Shown here: positions 1 through 13,539 of the stretch, in pieces
How the letters are laid out: every line of letters starts with the position of its first letter
How positions within the stretch are numbered: position 1 is the first letter of the stretch
NCBI GenBank assembly: GCA_035221665.1
Contig: CM069154.1
Coordinates: 5,518,001 to 5,582,000 of the forward strand
Direction of reading: 5' to 3'
Source: Okamejei kenojei
Taxonomy: Eukaryota
DNA length: 64,000 bases
Program-made: the position numbers and the translations under genes
The notes under the pieces: generated by a model
What the model was told of the DNA's origin: nothing
Database searches by the model: none
The model's input: the letters and a program-made list of their open reading frames with translations, nothing else

Positions 1-655
1 TCATCCTGGTGCCGTAGCAACATACCTAGATGCTCAATGCTCTTACGACAGTGGAATTGATTGTAGATTTAGGAAGAGCTTCCACCCTCCCCTCATTCAC
101 TCCACCATCGCAACACCACAGTCACAACTGATTCTTTACTATACCTAACATTTAANNNNNNNNNNNNNNNNNNNNNNNNNNNNNNNNNNNNNNNNNNNNN
201 NNNNNNNNNNNNNNNNNNNNNNNNNNNNNNNNNNNNNNNNNNNNNNNNNNNNNNNNNNNNNNNNNNNNNNNNNNNNNNNNNNNNNNNNNNNNNNNNNNNN
301 NNNNNNNNNNNNNNNNNNNNNNNNNNNNNNNNNNNNNNNNNNNNNNNNNNNNNNNNNNNNNNNNNNNNNNNNNNNNNNNNNNNNNNNNNNNNNNNNNNNN
401 NNNNNNNNNNNNNNNNNNNNNNNNNNNNNNNNNNNNNNNNNNNNNNNNNNNNNNNNNNNNNNNNNNNNNNNNNNNNNNNNNNNNNNNNNNNNNNNNNNNN
501 NNNNNNNNNNNNNNNNNNNNNNNNNNNNNNNNNNNNNNNNNNNNNNNNNNNNNNNNNNNNNNNNNNNNNNNNNNNNNNNNNNNNNNNNNNNNNNNNNNNN
601 NNNNNNNNNNNNNNNNNNNNNNNNNNNNNNNNNNNNNNNNNNNNNNNNNNNNNNN

Positions 656-1972
656 CACGTGACTCCAAGTAAAATAGCAAGATTAACGAGAACTTTACCA
701 ATTTGAAGTTTGATCTTCATTTTATTGAGTTTACGATGAGGGATTACTCATCTGTTTTATGAGGCCCTCCGCTCCCAACCCCCCTCCTCTAAAACCAGCT
801 GTATTCTCATTTCTTCAATCTTACATTCTCAGGTTATGTTCCTGTCTATGACTCCACACCGCTGCTTTGAAGGTTGACGCGCATGCGCGGCTGACGGTTC
901 TCTTCAACGTAAACCCACATCGAAACTCTCATAAAATAAAGATCAAACTTCAAACTGGTAAGTTCTCATTAAATCATACACTACACATGGCAACCATAGA
1001 ATCTGAAGATGCATAGTATTCATACCAATTCATTCACCCCAATACAGTCAGATACTTGAATTTAGTTTGGATGAAGACAACTGTGGCAATTTAAAGCTTT
1101 GCCCAATGGGTTAACCTCACCCTCGGTAATATTACAAAATTGTGAAACCAGCATTACAATCGCATGTAATGGCAAGATTAGATGATGTACTGATCCAAGG
1201 CAAAACTCAGGAAGCAGCTGAGGAATCGGTTAGTTACCATACACCTGTTTGAGAGGTTAGGATTACTCATCCATACCAACTAAATCCAAATTAGTACCAT
1301 CAAGAATGGATTGACTATTGGGGGGTTCCTCATTGATTTCAACTAACATTCAGTGACTTTGCCTACAGCCCAAAACTGCGAGACAAATAATGGAGCCTGA
1401 AGATCTGGTAGATGAACAACAACCGCTCCAACTGATGAGTAGCCATGTTATTATGTAAATTTAGTTGGTGGTTTTCCCTGGATTGCAGTTCGCAGACCGA
1501 TGCACTATCAGAATGTGCAACGAGCTAATGAACAAGCACTGAAAGAACATGCTGGTCATTTCCAATAGACCATATTGCAGTTGTCAGCCGGAAGCTATCG
1601 CCGTTTGCACAATGGGGGTAACTAATTTCTCAACAATGTAAACTAGAGACATTCTGACTCAACCACCTTCAGTTTTTACAAACTAATGTGTGTGCTTCAG
1701 ATGGGGAGCCACTGAAACCAAGTCTAGGCTGCGGCGGCAGAGATGGGGTGTGGCAAGAGGCTTAATCCTGCAGAGGCATGAAAAACTACGTAAATTGCTG
1801 TCTTTCTATGGCCTAAAAAAAAAAAATAAAGCATTACTGCTCAACAATGCATGAATACATTTCAGCTTCCAGACTTGAACAATACCACAGCTGTTGCATA
1901 TATCAATCACATGGGTGGAATTAGGTCATTATCATTGACAATCTGGCTAACTTCATTGGCAACTGTGGAAAA

Positions 1973-2012
<40 letters not shown>

Positions 2013-3976
2013 GAAAAACATCTGGGTCTCAGATAACACCTACCAGGTAGAGATAAACGTGAAAGTGGCAGAACACCCAGGTTCAGTAAATTCAATGACA
2101 ACACAGACTGGATGCTGAATTCAAAAGTTTTCAAAATGATTATCACGTATGGATTGCCAGTGATAGATCTATTGCACCCGGTTAAATCACCAGTTACACT
2201 ACTATGTCCTCATGGGAACCGGATCCCCAGGGGCAGGAGCGTGTATGCATTCTCGCTACATTGGGGATTTACGCTTTTCCCCCATTCGCATCACAGTCAA
2301 TGTCTCAAGCCAAAATAGACCACGACTCCGCTTGAAGGCATTTTGGGTGAGTTCCTCCTGACTGCCCACACAGCAATGGATTCCATTGGTACCTGAGACA
2401 ATGACACAGCCATTCATGACCAATCCCCAAATGTCAACAACTTGTTGCTTCAACCTGTGACACGAGAGAGTCACCCTTTACAATGATCATATTAATCTGT
2501 TGATTTGCATATTCGGACCGACCGTTCTAGGGACTATCGAGTAGGACCGTGACTGATTATGGCAGCCTGGAGTGAAAGGGAGATGTTCGGTTTTACAGTC
2601 AAATATGTCTTATCATACGCAGCATACCGGATGCATTGTGTACCTTGCTACATTGCATATTGACAAGGCAGTTGAGCTATAGGCCATTAATATCGCTCCA
2701 AAGTGCTTTGTCCTATTTAGAGCAAACGTCCGACTACACTGTCGGATCTCCTCCATTAGGTGGCCAATTCATGTGAGGTATTTTAACAAAAACCCTCCCA
2801 GACCTAGATATACGAAATCTGGAAGTGAGCATGAGTTCTCACGACTGCCTTCGGCAATGCTTTTCCAATTACATCTCTGTCTTTCCAGAAGTTAACGCTC
2901 CAAAGTGGTCAGGCTCATGCCTAGTGTCTGCGCAACAGGGCCACAACTGCAAAAGCCTACGACTGACAGCATGCATTCTTTCTGGAAGATAATATTAAGT
3001 TTAATGTAATGATCTAATCAAACAAAGCAGGCCAGGGACAGCTGGAACCAAAATAACTTTTAAAAGCATACACCTCATTGAACCGAGACTATGGGTAGTT
3101 ACGCACCCGATCAATAAATCAAGTCCACCAAGAGTGTTAAGGTCTGAAACAGCAAAAAGCTCAACAGCCAACAAAAAACTTCAAATAGAAATGTGTCAGT
3201 ACTAACTATTTCTAATACTAAACAGTTTTGGATTATGCTGAGTAGACACTGATGTGTTTAAATCTCACTACACCAGGGGCGAGCGACAAACGTTCCAAGC
3301 AAAGGCACAGATGTGCCGTTAACCAAATCTTCTCCGGAAGGATGGTCTCAGTGAAGGAACCTTCATGATTTTTTATGAAAACCTGTCCTCGCAATGGAAG
3401 GATTTGGCAGGCCTGTTTTAGCGGTTCTTCTATTTGATTCCTCCTTTTTAATTCCCCAGGGAGAGGCGGGGTTTATTATGGGGGGTGCTGTTCTTTTATT
3501 GTTAAAATAACGTTCAGTCTGAGGAGATAAATTAAACAATTTAAATACATTATTTTTGTTTATATCTCCTGTGTCAACCGAGGCAGTGTGGGTCGTAATG
3601 GAACTCTGGATCTACGGGCATGGAATCACAGAGCTTTGAAATCTATCATGGAACACTCACGTGACCCTCTGAAGAAAATAGTAAGAAGAAACGAGAACTT
3701 GAGAAGTATTGAAGTTTGGTCTTTATTTTATGAGAGCACGGTGAGAGAATTACGTGCCCTCTGCTCCGGCCCTCCATAATCGCAAAGATCAAACTGTAGT
3801 TCTAGTCTTCGGAGTCTTACAATAACACTTTACGGTAGTTACTGTGAGGATTTCAGCCTCTGCTTTGAAGATTGATGCGCAGCGCACTGGCGGGCTTCTT
3901 CACGTATCGCTCACCGTAACTCCTCATAAAATAAAATCAAACTTCAACTGGGTAAGTTCTTGTTTAATCTTACTAT
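656..3976 (+). mobile_element. Degenerate DIRS-type tyrosine-recombinase retrotransposon
   Basis: RNase H motif NTTAVAYINHMGGIRS at 1881-1928. Recombinase C-terminal motif DVFKSHYTRG at 3251-3280, followed by a GWS..TF..FY-like segment. Related terminal modules with internal inverted repeats at 656-980 and about 3655-3976. Many frameshifts. Confidence 0.85.
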
Positions 3977-4506
3977 GTAGTCATGTGTCTGTATTTCCAC
4001 GACCTGGATAACATCAACAGAAATGCTTTTCACCGCACCTTGGTACACATGACAATAAACGAAACAAAACTCAACAATGGTGGACCCAAGATTGTGAAAT
4101 GGACAGAAGTGAGAATTGAACGTTTACACTTGAACGGCTTGATTGTAACATGTAAAGTCTTATTTGTCACATGTACCTTTGGCACACGAACAATATAAAG
4201 TAAAGTTTAAAGCACAAGCTCTGCCAAGAGTAGGAGAAAGGAACCAAGACAATAGGTTTACATGAAGGGAAAAGATTTAAATAGGAATCCTGAAGGGTCA
4301 CCTTTTTCATGCAAGGGTGTGGGTGCACGGACCGAGCTGCCTGAGGAGATAGTTGAGGCTAGGACTATCGCAACGTTGTAAGAAACAATAAGACGGGTTA
4401 GATGGGTAAGGACGGGTTTATGGCTGTTCTATGTTTCCAATCCACAGGTTTCCCTATTTCTCCTTGCCCCCCTCCCCCACCCGGGAGGTAAAAAGACGGG
4501 GCGCCA

Positions 4507-4542
<36 letters not shown>

Positions 4543-4569
4543 GCGGGTCGATTATCTATTATCTATTAC

Positions 4570-5350
4570 CTGAAGTATCTATTATCTAATGTGGCCTATT
4601 AGGAAAAGGGGAGATGCACGAGACCTGGGTGAGTCATGGTACACCAGTCATGAAGTAGGCACGGATGCAGGGCAGCAGGCTGTGGAATAAAGCAAATGGT
4701 ATGGTTAGCATTCATAGCAAAAGGATTTGAGTACAGAGCAGGGAAGTTCTACTGCAATTGAACAGGGTTCTTGTGGACCACCCCTGGAAGTACGTCTGCG
4801 TACAGTTTTTGTCTCCTAAAACTGAGGAGAGACATTCTTGCCATCGAGGGAGTACAGAGAAGGTTCACCAGACTGAACCAGGATGTCATAACATTTCCAT
4901 ATAAAAAGACTGGATAGACTCGGCTTGTACTCGCTAGAAAGTAGAAGATTGAGAGGGATCTCATAGAAACCTACAAAATTCTTAAGGGTTGGATTGGACA
5001 GGCTAGATGCAGGATGAATTGTTCCCACCGATGGTTTGGGGAAGTCCAGAACAAGGGGTCACGGTTTACGGAAAAGGGGGAATCTTTTAGGACCGAGATG
5101 AGAAAAAACATTTTTCCCCCGCAGAGAGTGGGGAATCCTGGAATTCTCTGCCCAGAAGGTAGTCTGAGGCCAGTTCATTGCTATATTTAAGAGGGAGGTA
5201 GATGTCCCCCTTGTGTCTAAAGATCAAGGGGAATGGAGAGAAGGCCGGTACTGAACCGAGTTGGATGATCAGCCATGATCTGTTTGAATGGCGGTGGCAG
5301 GCTCTGAATGGCCTACTCCTGCACCTATTTTCTATGTTCTATGCTTCTAT
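4570..5350 (+). mobile_element. CR1 LINE 3' fragment
   Basis: Degenerate CR1 ORF2 C-terminus plus the 3' UTR GATCAGCCATGATC...GGCCTACTCCTGCACC and a (TTCTATG)n tail, shared with other copies in the window. Confidence 0.8.
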
Positions 5351-6428
5351 GTTATGGGTAAACACAGCAGGTGGGACTACTGTAGATGGCGCATGTTTAC
5401 TGTGGCAAATTGGGCGAAGGACCTGTTTTCATGCAGTTATCACCTCTATGATGCTACGAAAAAAAGCCAAAAGATAAAGTAACTAAACTAATTCCCTGCT
5501 TGCACTATGATCAGGTTTTTTTCCCCACAATATTGATCAGATCAATGTTTCCATTATTGATATTCATTATTCCAATAGGCATCCATTTCCACTTCAGTCA
5601 CTTTATAAAAGGCGTCATGAGGAATGCCTGTTTCTGTTGTTTATGCATTCATTTATTTCAACCCGTTTTTCGGTCACAACACTGTAGACAAACCCCGAAA
5701 ACCAAATGAAACTTTAATTAATCCTTGGTTCAAAATCTCCCATAACTTCATGCTGATGATGTGAGTGGGGCAGAAGTAATCTTGTTCTTTAATACTTTTG
5801 AACAGTGGACCTCTTAATACTCCTGTCTAAATACTTTTCCCATGAGGTGTGAGAACAAGATTTTAATTTAAGAATTCTCTTGTGCAGAGCCTTGAAATGT
5901 TCCACTGTGTTAAAGTTGGTGCCATTATTATAAACATTTATTTCAGTTTCAAGGTCCAGACAAGAGACGACATTACAAAATAATACATACCATATAAAAA
6001 ACATCATAAAAATACATATAAAAAGCCATAGTAAATTACTTATAAGAGCATCATAAATTATATACAAAAACACAATACTTGATTTAAAATTTGAATAAAA
6101 GAAAGATCAAAATGTCCTACAACGAGACAACACCCATGGCTCCACAATTGGGATTGGTAGCCTGTAGTGCTAACCTTATGTTTTACAAACCATGATAATT
6201 ACATTTTCAGTCTATTTATTTATCCTGCAAAATGAATTTATACAATATGATTTCTTTATGATAGTCTTTTAAAGTGCTGACTCCTGCAGCCACAAACATT
6301 TCACTGGCACTACTCCATCACGTTTCCTTAACAGTGTTCTCATGGCATCATTATAAGCCAACCTTTAGTTTTCTGTAAATGTCGTCTTTTCCGTAGTTTG
6401 ACCACAGGTGTAGTCAGTATAGAGTGGT

Positions 6429-6482
<54 letters not shown>

Positions 6483-6956
6483 CCAATATGCTCTAACACA
6501 GAGACATCTTTACCCCACTTCTGTACACGCACCAAACTTACGCAAGAGATATTTGCCTGTACATACGAATACAGCATAATGTATGTCCGTTGCCTATAAA
6601 TTATCCCTCATCATAGTCATTTATAAGTAAATATCATCTTAACACCTCAACCATGGCTCAAATTTGTATTTTTTTTAATAGTGTTAAGGTTGGTAACAAT
6701 TTTGATAATTGTTAAGGTTAACACCATTGATGAGCAGAGGGATCTTTCGGTCCAGATCCATGACTCTCTGGAAGTGGTAACACAAGTAGATAGAGTGGTA
6801 AAAAAGGGATTAAAGGAAATAAAGGAAAGGTTTTGTAAATGTTTTCCAGGATATCGGATTTTGTTCAAATAATTCAATGTTACCTGACCTAGAAACTATC
6901 ACCTGGGAATAGAACTACTTAGAGACATAGTCATGGCCTCACGGCACAGAAACGTC

Positions 6957-7268
6957 AGTTATAGTTTAGAGACACAGCATGGAAACAGGCCCTTCGGCCC
7001 ACCGAGTCTGTGCTCACCAGCGGTAACCCCGTACACGAGGACTGTCGTACACACTAGGGCCAATTTACAATATTTATCGAAGCCAATTAACCGACAAACC
7101 TGTACTTCTTTGTAGTGTGGGAGGAACCCTGAGCACCCGGAGAAACCCACATAGGTCACAGGGAGATCGTACATAACTCCTGTACTGACAGCACCCGTAG
7201 TCAGGATCGAAGCCGGGTCTCTGGTGCTGTAAAGCAGCTATTCCACCGCTGTGCCATCGTGTCGCCCT
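6957..7268 (-). mobile_element. tRNA-derived SINE (HE1/V-SINE-like)
   Basis: Reverse complement shows A-box and B-box (GTTCGATCC-like) head, conserved body and (TAAAC)n tail. About 20 related copies in the window. Confidence 0.8.
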
Positions 7269-7940
7269 GGCTGTTCCCTGATGCTGGGGCTGTCCTTCAC
7301 ACCACAGTCTCTAGGCTCCAGCTATTATTTTCTAGGCTATTATTTTTCTCTCTGAAAGCAGCCACAAATTCACAGGCTTGAAAAGAGAGGAAACTTGTCC
7401 GACAATTGGATTTGAAAATGTGAAATGTTTATAATCGCAGTGCAAATGCTGCTGATTACTGCAAATCTAGCATCTTCCTCCCTCTCCTGGTGTAGTGAAG
7501 AGATGTCAGCTGGAACAGCTCCCATAATCTCATTGTTCATGGGGACTGCCGACATGGGAATCCCAGTACATGTCCAACTAAGTACTGTTGGTGGAGTGAT
7601 GACGGAATATATACCAGTCATTTATTGACTCATTCACAACTTGTGGCAGAGTCAAATGTCTGTTTTGAATTGCACTTGACATTAATAGTTTGTTCAGCTT
7701 TTTATCACATCAGTAATGTCATTGATTTGTTTTGTGCCTATGATTTTAGTTGTTTACTGAAGGATGTTAGTGAAACAGATAGATTTACATGACAACTTTG
7801 TGGCTTAATTTGTTTACTTATGAGTGATATATGGGCATTTTAAAAACAATATTCATGTTTTTTCATTTGAAAATAGACTTGATTTTGCAATAATTCCAGC
7901 TTTTAGAAATATTGATCTGGACAGATCTTGGATCTTGCAA

Positions 7941-8310
7941 CACGGTGGGCACAGCGGTAGAGTTTGCTGCCTCACAGCGCCAGAGACTCGGGTTCGATAC
8001 TGACTACGGATGCTGTCCGCACAGAGTTTTGTACGTTCTCCCCATTGACCCATGTGGGTTTCTCCGGTGCTCAGGGTTCCTCCCACACTCCAAAGCTCCA
8101 GGTTTGTAGGTTCATAGGTTTTCTCCCGAGATCTTCGGCTTCCTCTTACACTTCAAGACGTACAGGTTTATAGGTTAATTGGCTTGGTATAAATGTAAAT
8201 TGTCCCTAGTGTGTGTAGGATAGTGTTAATGTGCGGGGGTCACTGGTCGGCGTAGACAGCGGTGGGCCGAATGGGCCTGTTTTTGCTATATCTCTAAACT
8301 AAACTAAACT
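7941..8310 (+). mobile_element. tRNA-derived SINE (HE1/V-SINE-like) with internal duplication
   Basis: Head ...CACAGCGGTAGAG...GGGTTCGATAC, conserved body, tail CTAAACTAAACTAAACT. Confidence 0.8.
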
Positions 8311-8567
8311 AGTCAGCATTAATAGTACGGTGCAGGAAATCGATTAATGAAGGAAATCACAGCACTTAGTTTAGAGGAAATCATATTCAAAAATTTGATA
8401 GTTTTCTGGTAAAATTACAGATAAAGTTGTTGAAGGTAATGAAGTTAATGTATAAATGAGCTTCCAGATGGTTTTAATAACAGGATAAATGACAGATATC
8501 AGAATAAAAGTAAAGTTAACACTATGAAGAACATAAAAGGTGCATTTTATGGATAGGAACAAACCAC

Positions 8568-9255
8568 GTGGTGCCACCAGCATTGGCTGCCTCGCCAACA
8601 GTCTGTCTGTCCTTTCTTCCTGTTGTTATTTTTAGTATGTGTTAAAAGTATGTTTTAGTGTTCCTCGGTTTGTTTTATGTGGGGAAACTTTTTTTCAATC
8701 TCTTAGCTCGACGGAGATGTGGTTTGTTTCCGTATCGTATATCCGTCCCAACTGCGGCCTAATATCGTGGAGTTGGTGGCCTTTCCTGGAGACGGATGGG
8801 CGCTCCAAGCCGCGGGAGACTGCAGGACTTTAACATCGCAGAGCTTGAGATCCCTTTGCCGGGGATCGTAGTTCAACCGCGGGACCTGTGGGCTTTAACA
8901 TCGTGAAGTCCGCGGTCTCGGGATATCAATGCTGCGGAGAGAGTTTCAACCGGCCCAAAGCAGGAGTTTCGATCACCCCAATGGGGGCTTCGATCGCCAG
9001 CTGCGTAGGCTGTGATTGCCCCGACTGCGGATGGTTTGACTACCCCGACCACAGGAGAACAAAAAGGAAGAAGATTGAACTTTATTGCCTTCCATCACAG
9101 TGAGAAATGTGGAATCCACTGTGATGGATGTTGATGTTAACTTTTATATGGTTGTGAGTCTTGTAGCTTTTCACTTAGTTTGGCTGTATGGTAACTCAAA
9201 TTTCACTGTACCTTAATTGGTACATGTGACAGTAAACTGACCTTGAAACCTTGAA
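8568..9255 (+). repeat. Unclassified GC/CpG-rich interspersed repeat, copy 1
   Basis: Shares GGCTGCCTCGCCAACAG..CTGTCC, GAGATCCCTTTGCCGGGGATC and CCCCGACCAC...GAAC blocks with 10195-10740. Ends in an (ACCTTGA)2-like tail. Confidence 0.55.
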
Positions 9256-10194
9256 GATGGTTAAGCATCATACGACAGAGGAAAGACACTGAAAACTGAG
9301 GTAGCAGTGGGTCAGACAGCATCTCTGGAGAAAAGGAATAGGTGATGTTTTAGGTTGAGACCCTTCATCCGACAGAGTCAGGGTAAAGGGTACCCAGCCT
9401 CACTACTACAGAGGAACATGGGTGATTGGCTGTTTATTGAGCAGAGAAAAGGTAAATAGCAAGATTGGTGTTGGCTTTTTAAAAATCGATATAAGTAACC
9501 TAGACTTGGACTTGCAAGTCACAAGTTTGAAATCAGCTGATGATGCAAAACGAAACAGCATTGTGAACTGCAATCCAGGATGTTGTTGAGTTTCGGGAGT
9601 ATATAGACTTGCTGGCGGAATGGGCAGACATATGGCAGAAGGTAGACATAAAAAGCTGGAGTAACTCAGCGGGTCAGACAGCATCTCTGGAGAAAAGGAA
9701 TAGATTTTGTTTTGGGTTGAGACTCTTCTTCAGACTGAGAGTGAGGGGAAAGGGAAACAAGAGATATAGACGGTGATGTAGAGAGATATAGAACAAATAA
9801 ATGAAAGAAATGCAAGAAAGTAACGATGATAAAGGAGACTGGCTATTGTGAGCTGTGGTCTAGTTAAACAAACCAGTGTTAGCTGTGGTCTACATGGAAA
9901 AAAAATGTTAGCTGTGGTCTATGTGAAAAAACTCATTGTCAGCTGAGGTTTTGGTGAAAACCATTTTAGGTGTGGGCTGGATAAAAACATTTGTTAGCTG
10001 TGGTCCAGGTGAAACCAACATCTGCAGTTCCTTCCTCGACATGGCAGATTCATTTATTGCAGAGAAATGAGGTAATAAATGTTGAATACTTATGGGCAAT
10101 ATAGAATATTGTTACTTCAGCATTTTGTGTCTATCTTCGGTTTAAACCAGCATCTGCAGTTCCTTCCCACACAGATACTATTTGAAGAACGGTT

Positions 10195-10740
10195 GTGAGC
10201 GCCGCGCGCTGGCAGCCTCGCTAGCAGCTGTCCGTCCTTTCGGGTTTTTTTGTTTTTAGTATGTCTAAAAGTGTGTTTTAGTGTATTTAAGTGTGGGGGG
10301 GGGAGGGGGTAGGGGGGGTGGGGGCAGGGAATAGGTGGAAACAGTTTTTTAGTCACTTATCTCGATGGAATGTGACTTTTCTCCTAGTCACATTTTCGCC
10401 CTCCCTCGTGGGCTAACAGCTTGGATTGGAGCGGCCTCTCCCGGAGTTGGGCCCAGAGCTTCGACAGCGGGCGCAGTGCGGACTTTCCATCGCGGAGTCT
10501 GAGATCCCTTGCCGGGGATCACCAGAAGCAGTGCTCCAATCTCTGGACCGCGGATTACAACATCCAGAAGCTGCGGTCTGCGGAGCTTCTAGCCGCGGAG
10601 CTTCTAGCCGCGGGCGCGGCGCGACGTCGCGACGTCGGAGTTTTGAGCATCCCGACGAGAGGGCCTGTACATTGGGCAGTCCGTAGCGGCAACTGCATGG
10701 CCCCGACCACGGATGAACAAAGGAGGAGGACTGACTGAAC
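10195..10740 (+). repeat. Unclassified GC/CpG-rich interspersed repeat, copy 2
   Basis: Colinear similarity to 8568-9255. Internal tandem GCGGAGCTTCTAGCC x2. Confidence 0.55.
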
Positions 10741-11189
10741 GGGGAAATTCGCAGAAGCCAATTAACCTACAAACCCACACGTCTTTGGGATGTGGATGGA
10801 AACCGGAGCAACTGGAGGAAACTCACGTGGTCGCAGGGAGAATGTACAAACTCCACGCGGTCAGGATCGAACCTGGGTCTCTGGCGCTGTGAGGCAGCAG
10901 CTCTACAAGCTGTCCCACCCCGAGTGCCACCCTTGTTGATGTTGATGGGTTTGATGAAGAGGATGCATGGAGATTGGCGTTTAGTATTAACGCTGGAGTG
11001 GACTAGTGGGGCTGAATGGCCTGTGTTATGCTACATAATATTAGTTTCTATATTCTCAAACATTCAGACAATTCACACTTCACATCCTTACCTGGGTTTC
11101 ATTGTTATCCTCTCTGTGAGATCTCTTGTCTTTCGATTCTAGAAAATACATCATATTGAAATGGCCACATCAGGAACATATTTAAACTC

Positions 11190-11522
11190 ACGTTCATAAG
11201 TTTATGTGATAGGAGCAGATCTACTCCACCATTCAATCTTGGCTGACCTATCTTTCCCTCTCAACCCTTTTCTCCTCCCTTCTTCCCATAACCTCTGGCA
11301 TCCGTACTAATCAAGAATCTATCAATTTCCGCATTAAAAATATTCATTGATTTGGCCTCCACAGCCATCTGTTGCAATGAATTCCACAGATTCACCAACC
11401 TCTGACTAAGAAAATCCCTCCTCATCTCCTTTCTAAATGTATGTCCTTTTATTCTGGGGCTGTGGCCTCTGGTCCTAAATCTCCTAGTGGAAACATCCTC
11501 TTCACATTCATTCTCTCCAGGC
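11190..11522 (-). mobile_element. CR1 LINE 3' fragment
   Basis: ORF 11261-11536: RTRGHS...EMRRDFLSQRLVNLWNSL...IDRFLIS, the CR1 ORF2 C-terminus. Confidence 0.8.
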
Positions 11523-12560
11523 CATGTGTTGTACACAAACCTTATATATTTATTATAATCTATGCTAAGCTAGAAACTAATTTTTGTGTCAGTTTTAGTT
11601 CTACTTGGACTTTTACGTTTAGAGATACAGCGCGGAAACAGGCCCTTTGGCCCATCGAGTCAGCGCCGACCAACAACCACCCCTACACAGGGTCTATCTT
11701 ACACACTAGAGTCAATTTACAGAAGCCGAATAACCAAGTATGTTAGTTTAGTTTATTGTCACCTGTAACATGGTTAACCATATAACCAACGATTTAACCA
11801 TGTAACCAACTAACAATATAAAGATATGGTCTTTGGGGTTACATTAAAACCTACAAACCTGCACGTCTTTGGAATATGGGAGGAAACCAACGTGGTCAGA
11901 GGGACAACATACAAACTCAGTGCAGACAGCACCCATTGCCAGGATCAAACCTGGGTCTCTGTAGCTGTAAGGCAGCAACTCTACCGCTATGCCACTGTGC
12001 CTACCATTTGGAATTTGTATTTTTCCTTGATTTTAAACATCTCCATCAGATCACTTTGCAACCTTCTCTGTTCTCAGGAGATCAATTGTTCGCTGTTCGC
12101 TGATCAATAATCCACCAGACTAAAGTTCTTCATTCCTAAGTTACTTTTTCTAAATCCCTTCTATACCTCGCTAACAATTTCACAACCTTCCTAAAGTGGT
12201 GCCCACAATTGTGACCAAACTCATATTTTATAAAATGGAGGTACACAAGACTGTAGATTCTGGAATCTGAAGCAAGAAGGTATCCTGGTGCAGTCTAGAC
12301 CCAAGATGTTGACAATGTATTTCTGCTTGTAGACTCTGCTTAACCCATGGAGTGCCTTGAGCAGTTTTTTGGCTCTTACATGTTTCATAAAGTTTAATAA
12401 AAACTCATATTCCATGGATCAGAGATAATACATTTTTTTCAATCAATTTCCCAATCTGCTCAGGAACTTTCAAGGAACTTGGCTATTAAACATTCTGCAG
12501 AAGCTTTGTTTTTTTACCTTCCAGTTTATATTGCCACTTGCAATACTGACCATAAAATGA

Positions 12561-12692
12561 GTCTGAAGAAGGGTCTCGACCCGAAACGTCACCTATTCCT
12601 TCGCTCCATAGATGCTGCCTCACCCGCTGAGTTTCTTCTCCAGCATTTTTGTCTACCTATGCTTTTGCCAGCATCTGCAGTTCTTTCTTAAA
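12561..12692 (+). repeat. Penelope-derived short repeat with a minimal type I hammerhead ribozyme motif
   Basis: CTGAAGA (12563-12569), extra A, hairpin GGGT-CTCG-ACCC, GAAA (12583-12586), CG, TC. Followed by the family body GATGCTGCC...GCTGAGTT...CCAGCA...GCATCTGCAGTTC found more than 15 times in the window. Confidence 0.7.
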
Positions 12693-13539
12693 CATAATGT
12701 AATGTGTTACAATTTTTATTATTAAATTTTATTGGCCAATAAACGTATGAAGCAACTTAGAAAAAATAGAAGGAACAATTGTTTGTTAATGTTATAAAGT
12801 GTGGATGTGGTGAGGCAAACACAACTGCTTGCTCTTTTTGTAAACAAGCTTTTGCAGTTAATTTTTTTCTATTTGTTCTCCAGGCATGCTGTCTAACCCA
12901 CTGAGTTACTCCAGCACTTTGTGTCTTTTGGTGTAAACCAGTACCTTCGTTTTCTTGTTTCTACATTTTGACGGGTCTGAAGAAGACCCCGACCCGAAAC
13001 ATCACCTATCTATGTTATAGATTCTATAGATGCATCGTATCCCGCCATTGAGCCATCTATACCTCACGATGCCTCAAGAAAGCAGACAACATAATTAAGG
13101 ACATTTTTCACCCCAGCCGTCCCCTCTTCTCTCCTCTCCCATCAAGGCAGAAGATATAAAAGCTTGAAATTATACTCCACCTGTTTCACAAACTGCTTCT
13201 TCAAACCTATTGGAAATGAACACGAGAGTGTGATGTAAGAGACTTTTAGATAAGCACATGGATATGCAGGGCTGGAGAGATATGGATTATGTGCAGGCAG
13301 ATAAGGGTTTGTTCAGGGCAAGCACTATCAGAGGGGGGGCAACGAGTGCCATTTGCCATGGGCCTCATGTCTGTAGCTTCAAAGGGATCTTGATTTTGGG
13401 GCCTCTAAAATTGAGGGGCTTCTGCTTGAAATTCTGAAATTGAAATTGGCCTGGGCCTCAGTTCATCTATGAGATGGCCTGGTTCCTGGCATTATGTTCG
13501 GCACGGACATTGTGGGCCCGAGGGCTTGTTCCTGTCATG

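Noticed and set aside
93-720. Long ORFs spanning N runs (also 35865-36174 and 55514-56394)
   Set aside because: Artefacts of translating assembly gaps.
6365-6577. Poly-proline ORF and poly-G tracts (also about 4508 and 53455)
   Set aside because: Produced by G homopolymers of unreliable length. No coding support.
7370-7628. Overlapping 83-aa and 67-aa ORFs in unique sequence
   Set aside because: No recognisable domain and no convincing splice-site pair.
13314-13480. Possible small hAT-like MITE (CAGGGC...GGCCTG)
   Set aside because: No matching 8-bp TSD and the TIRs are too degenerate.
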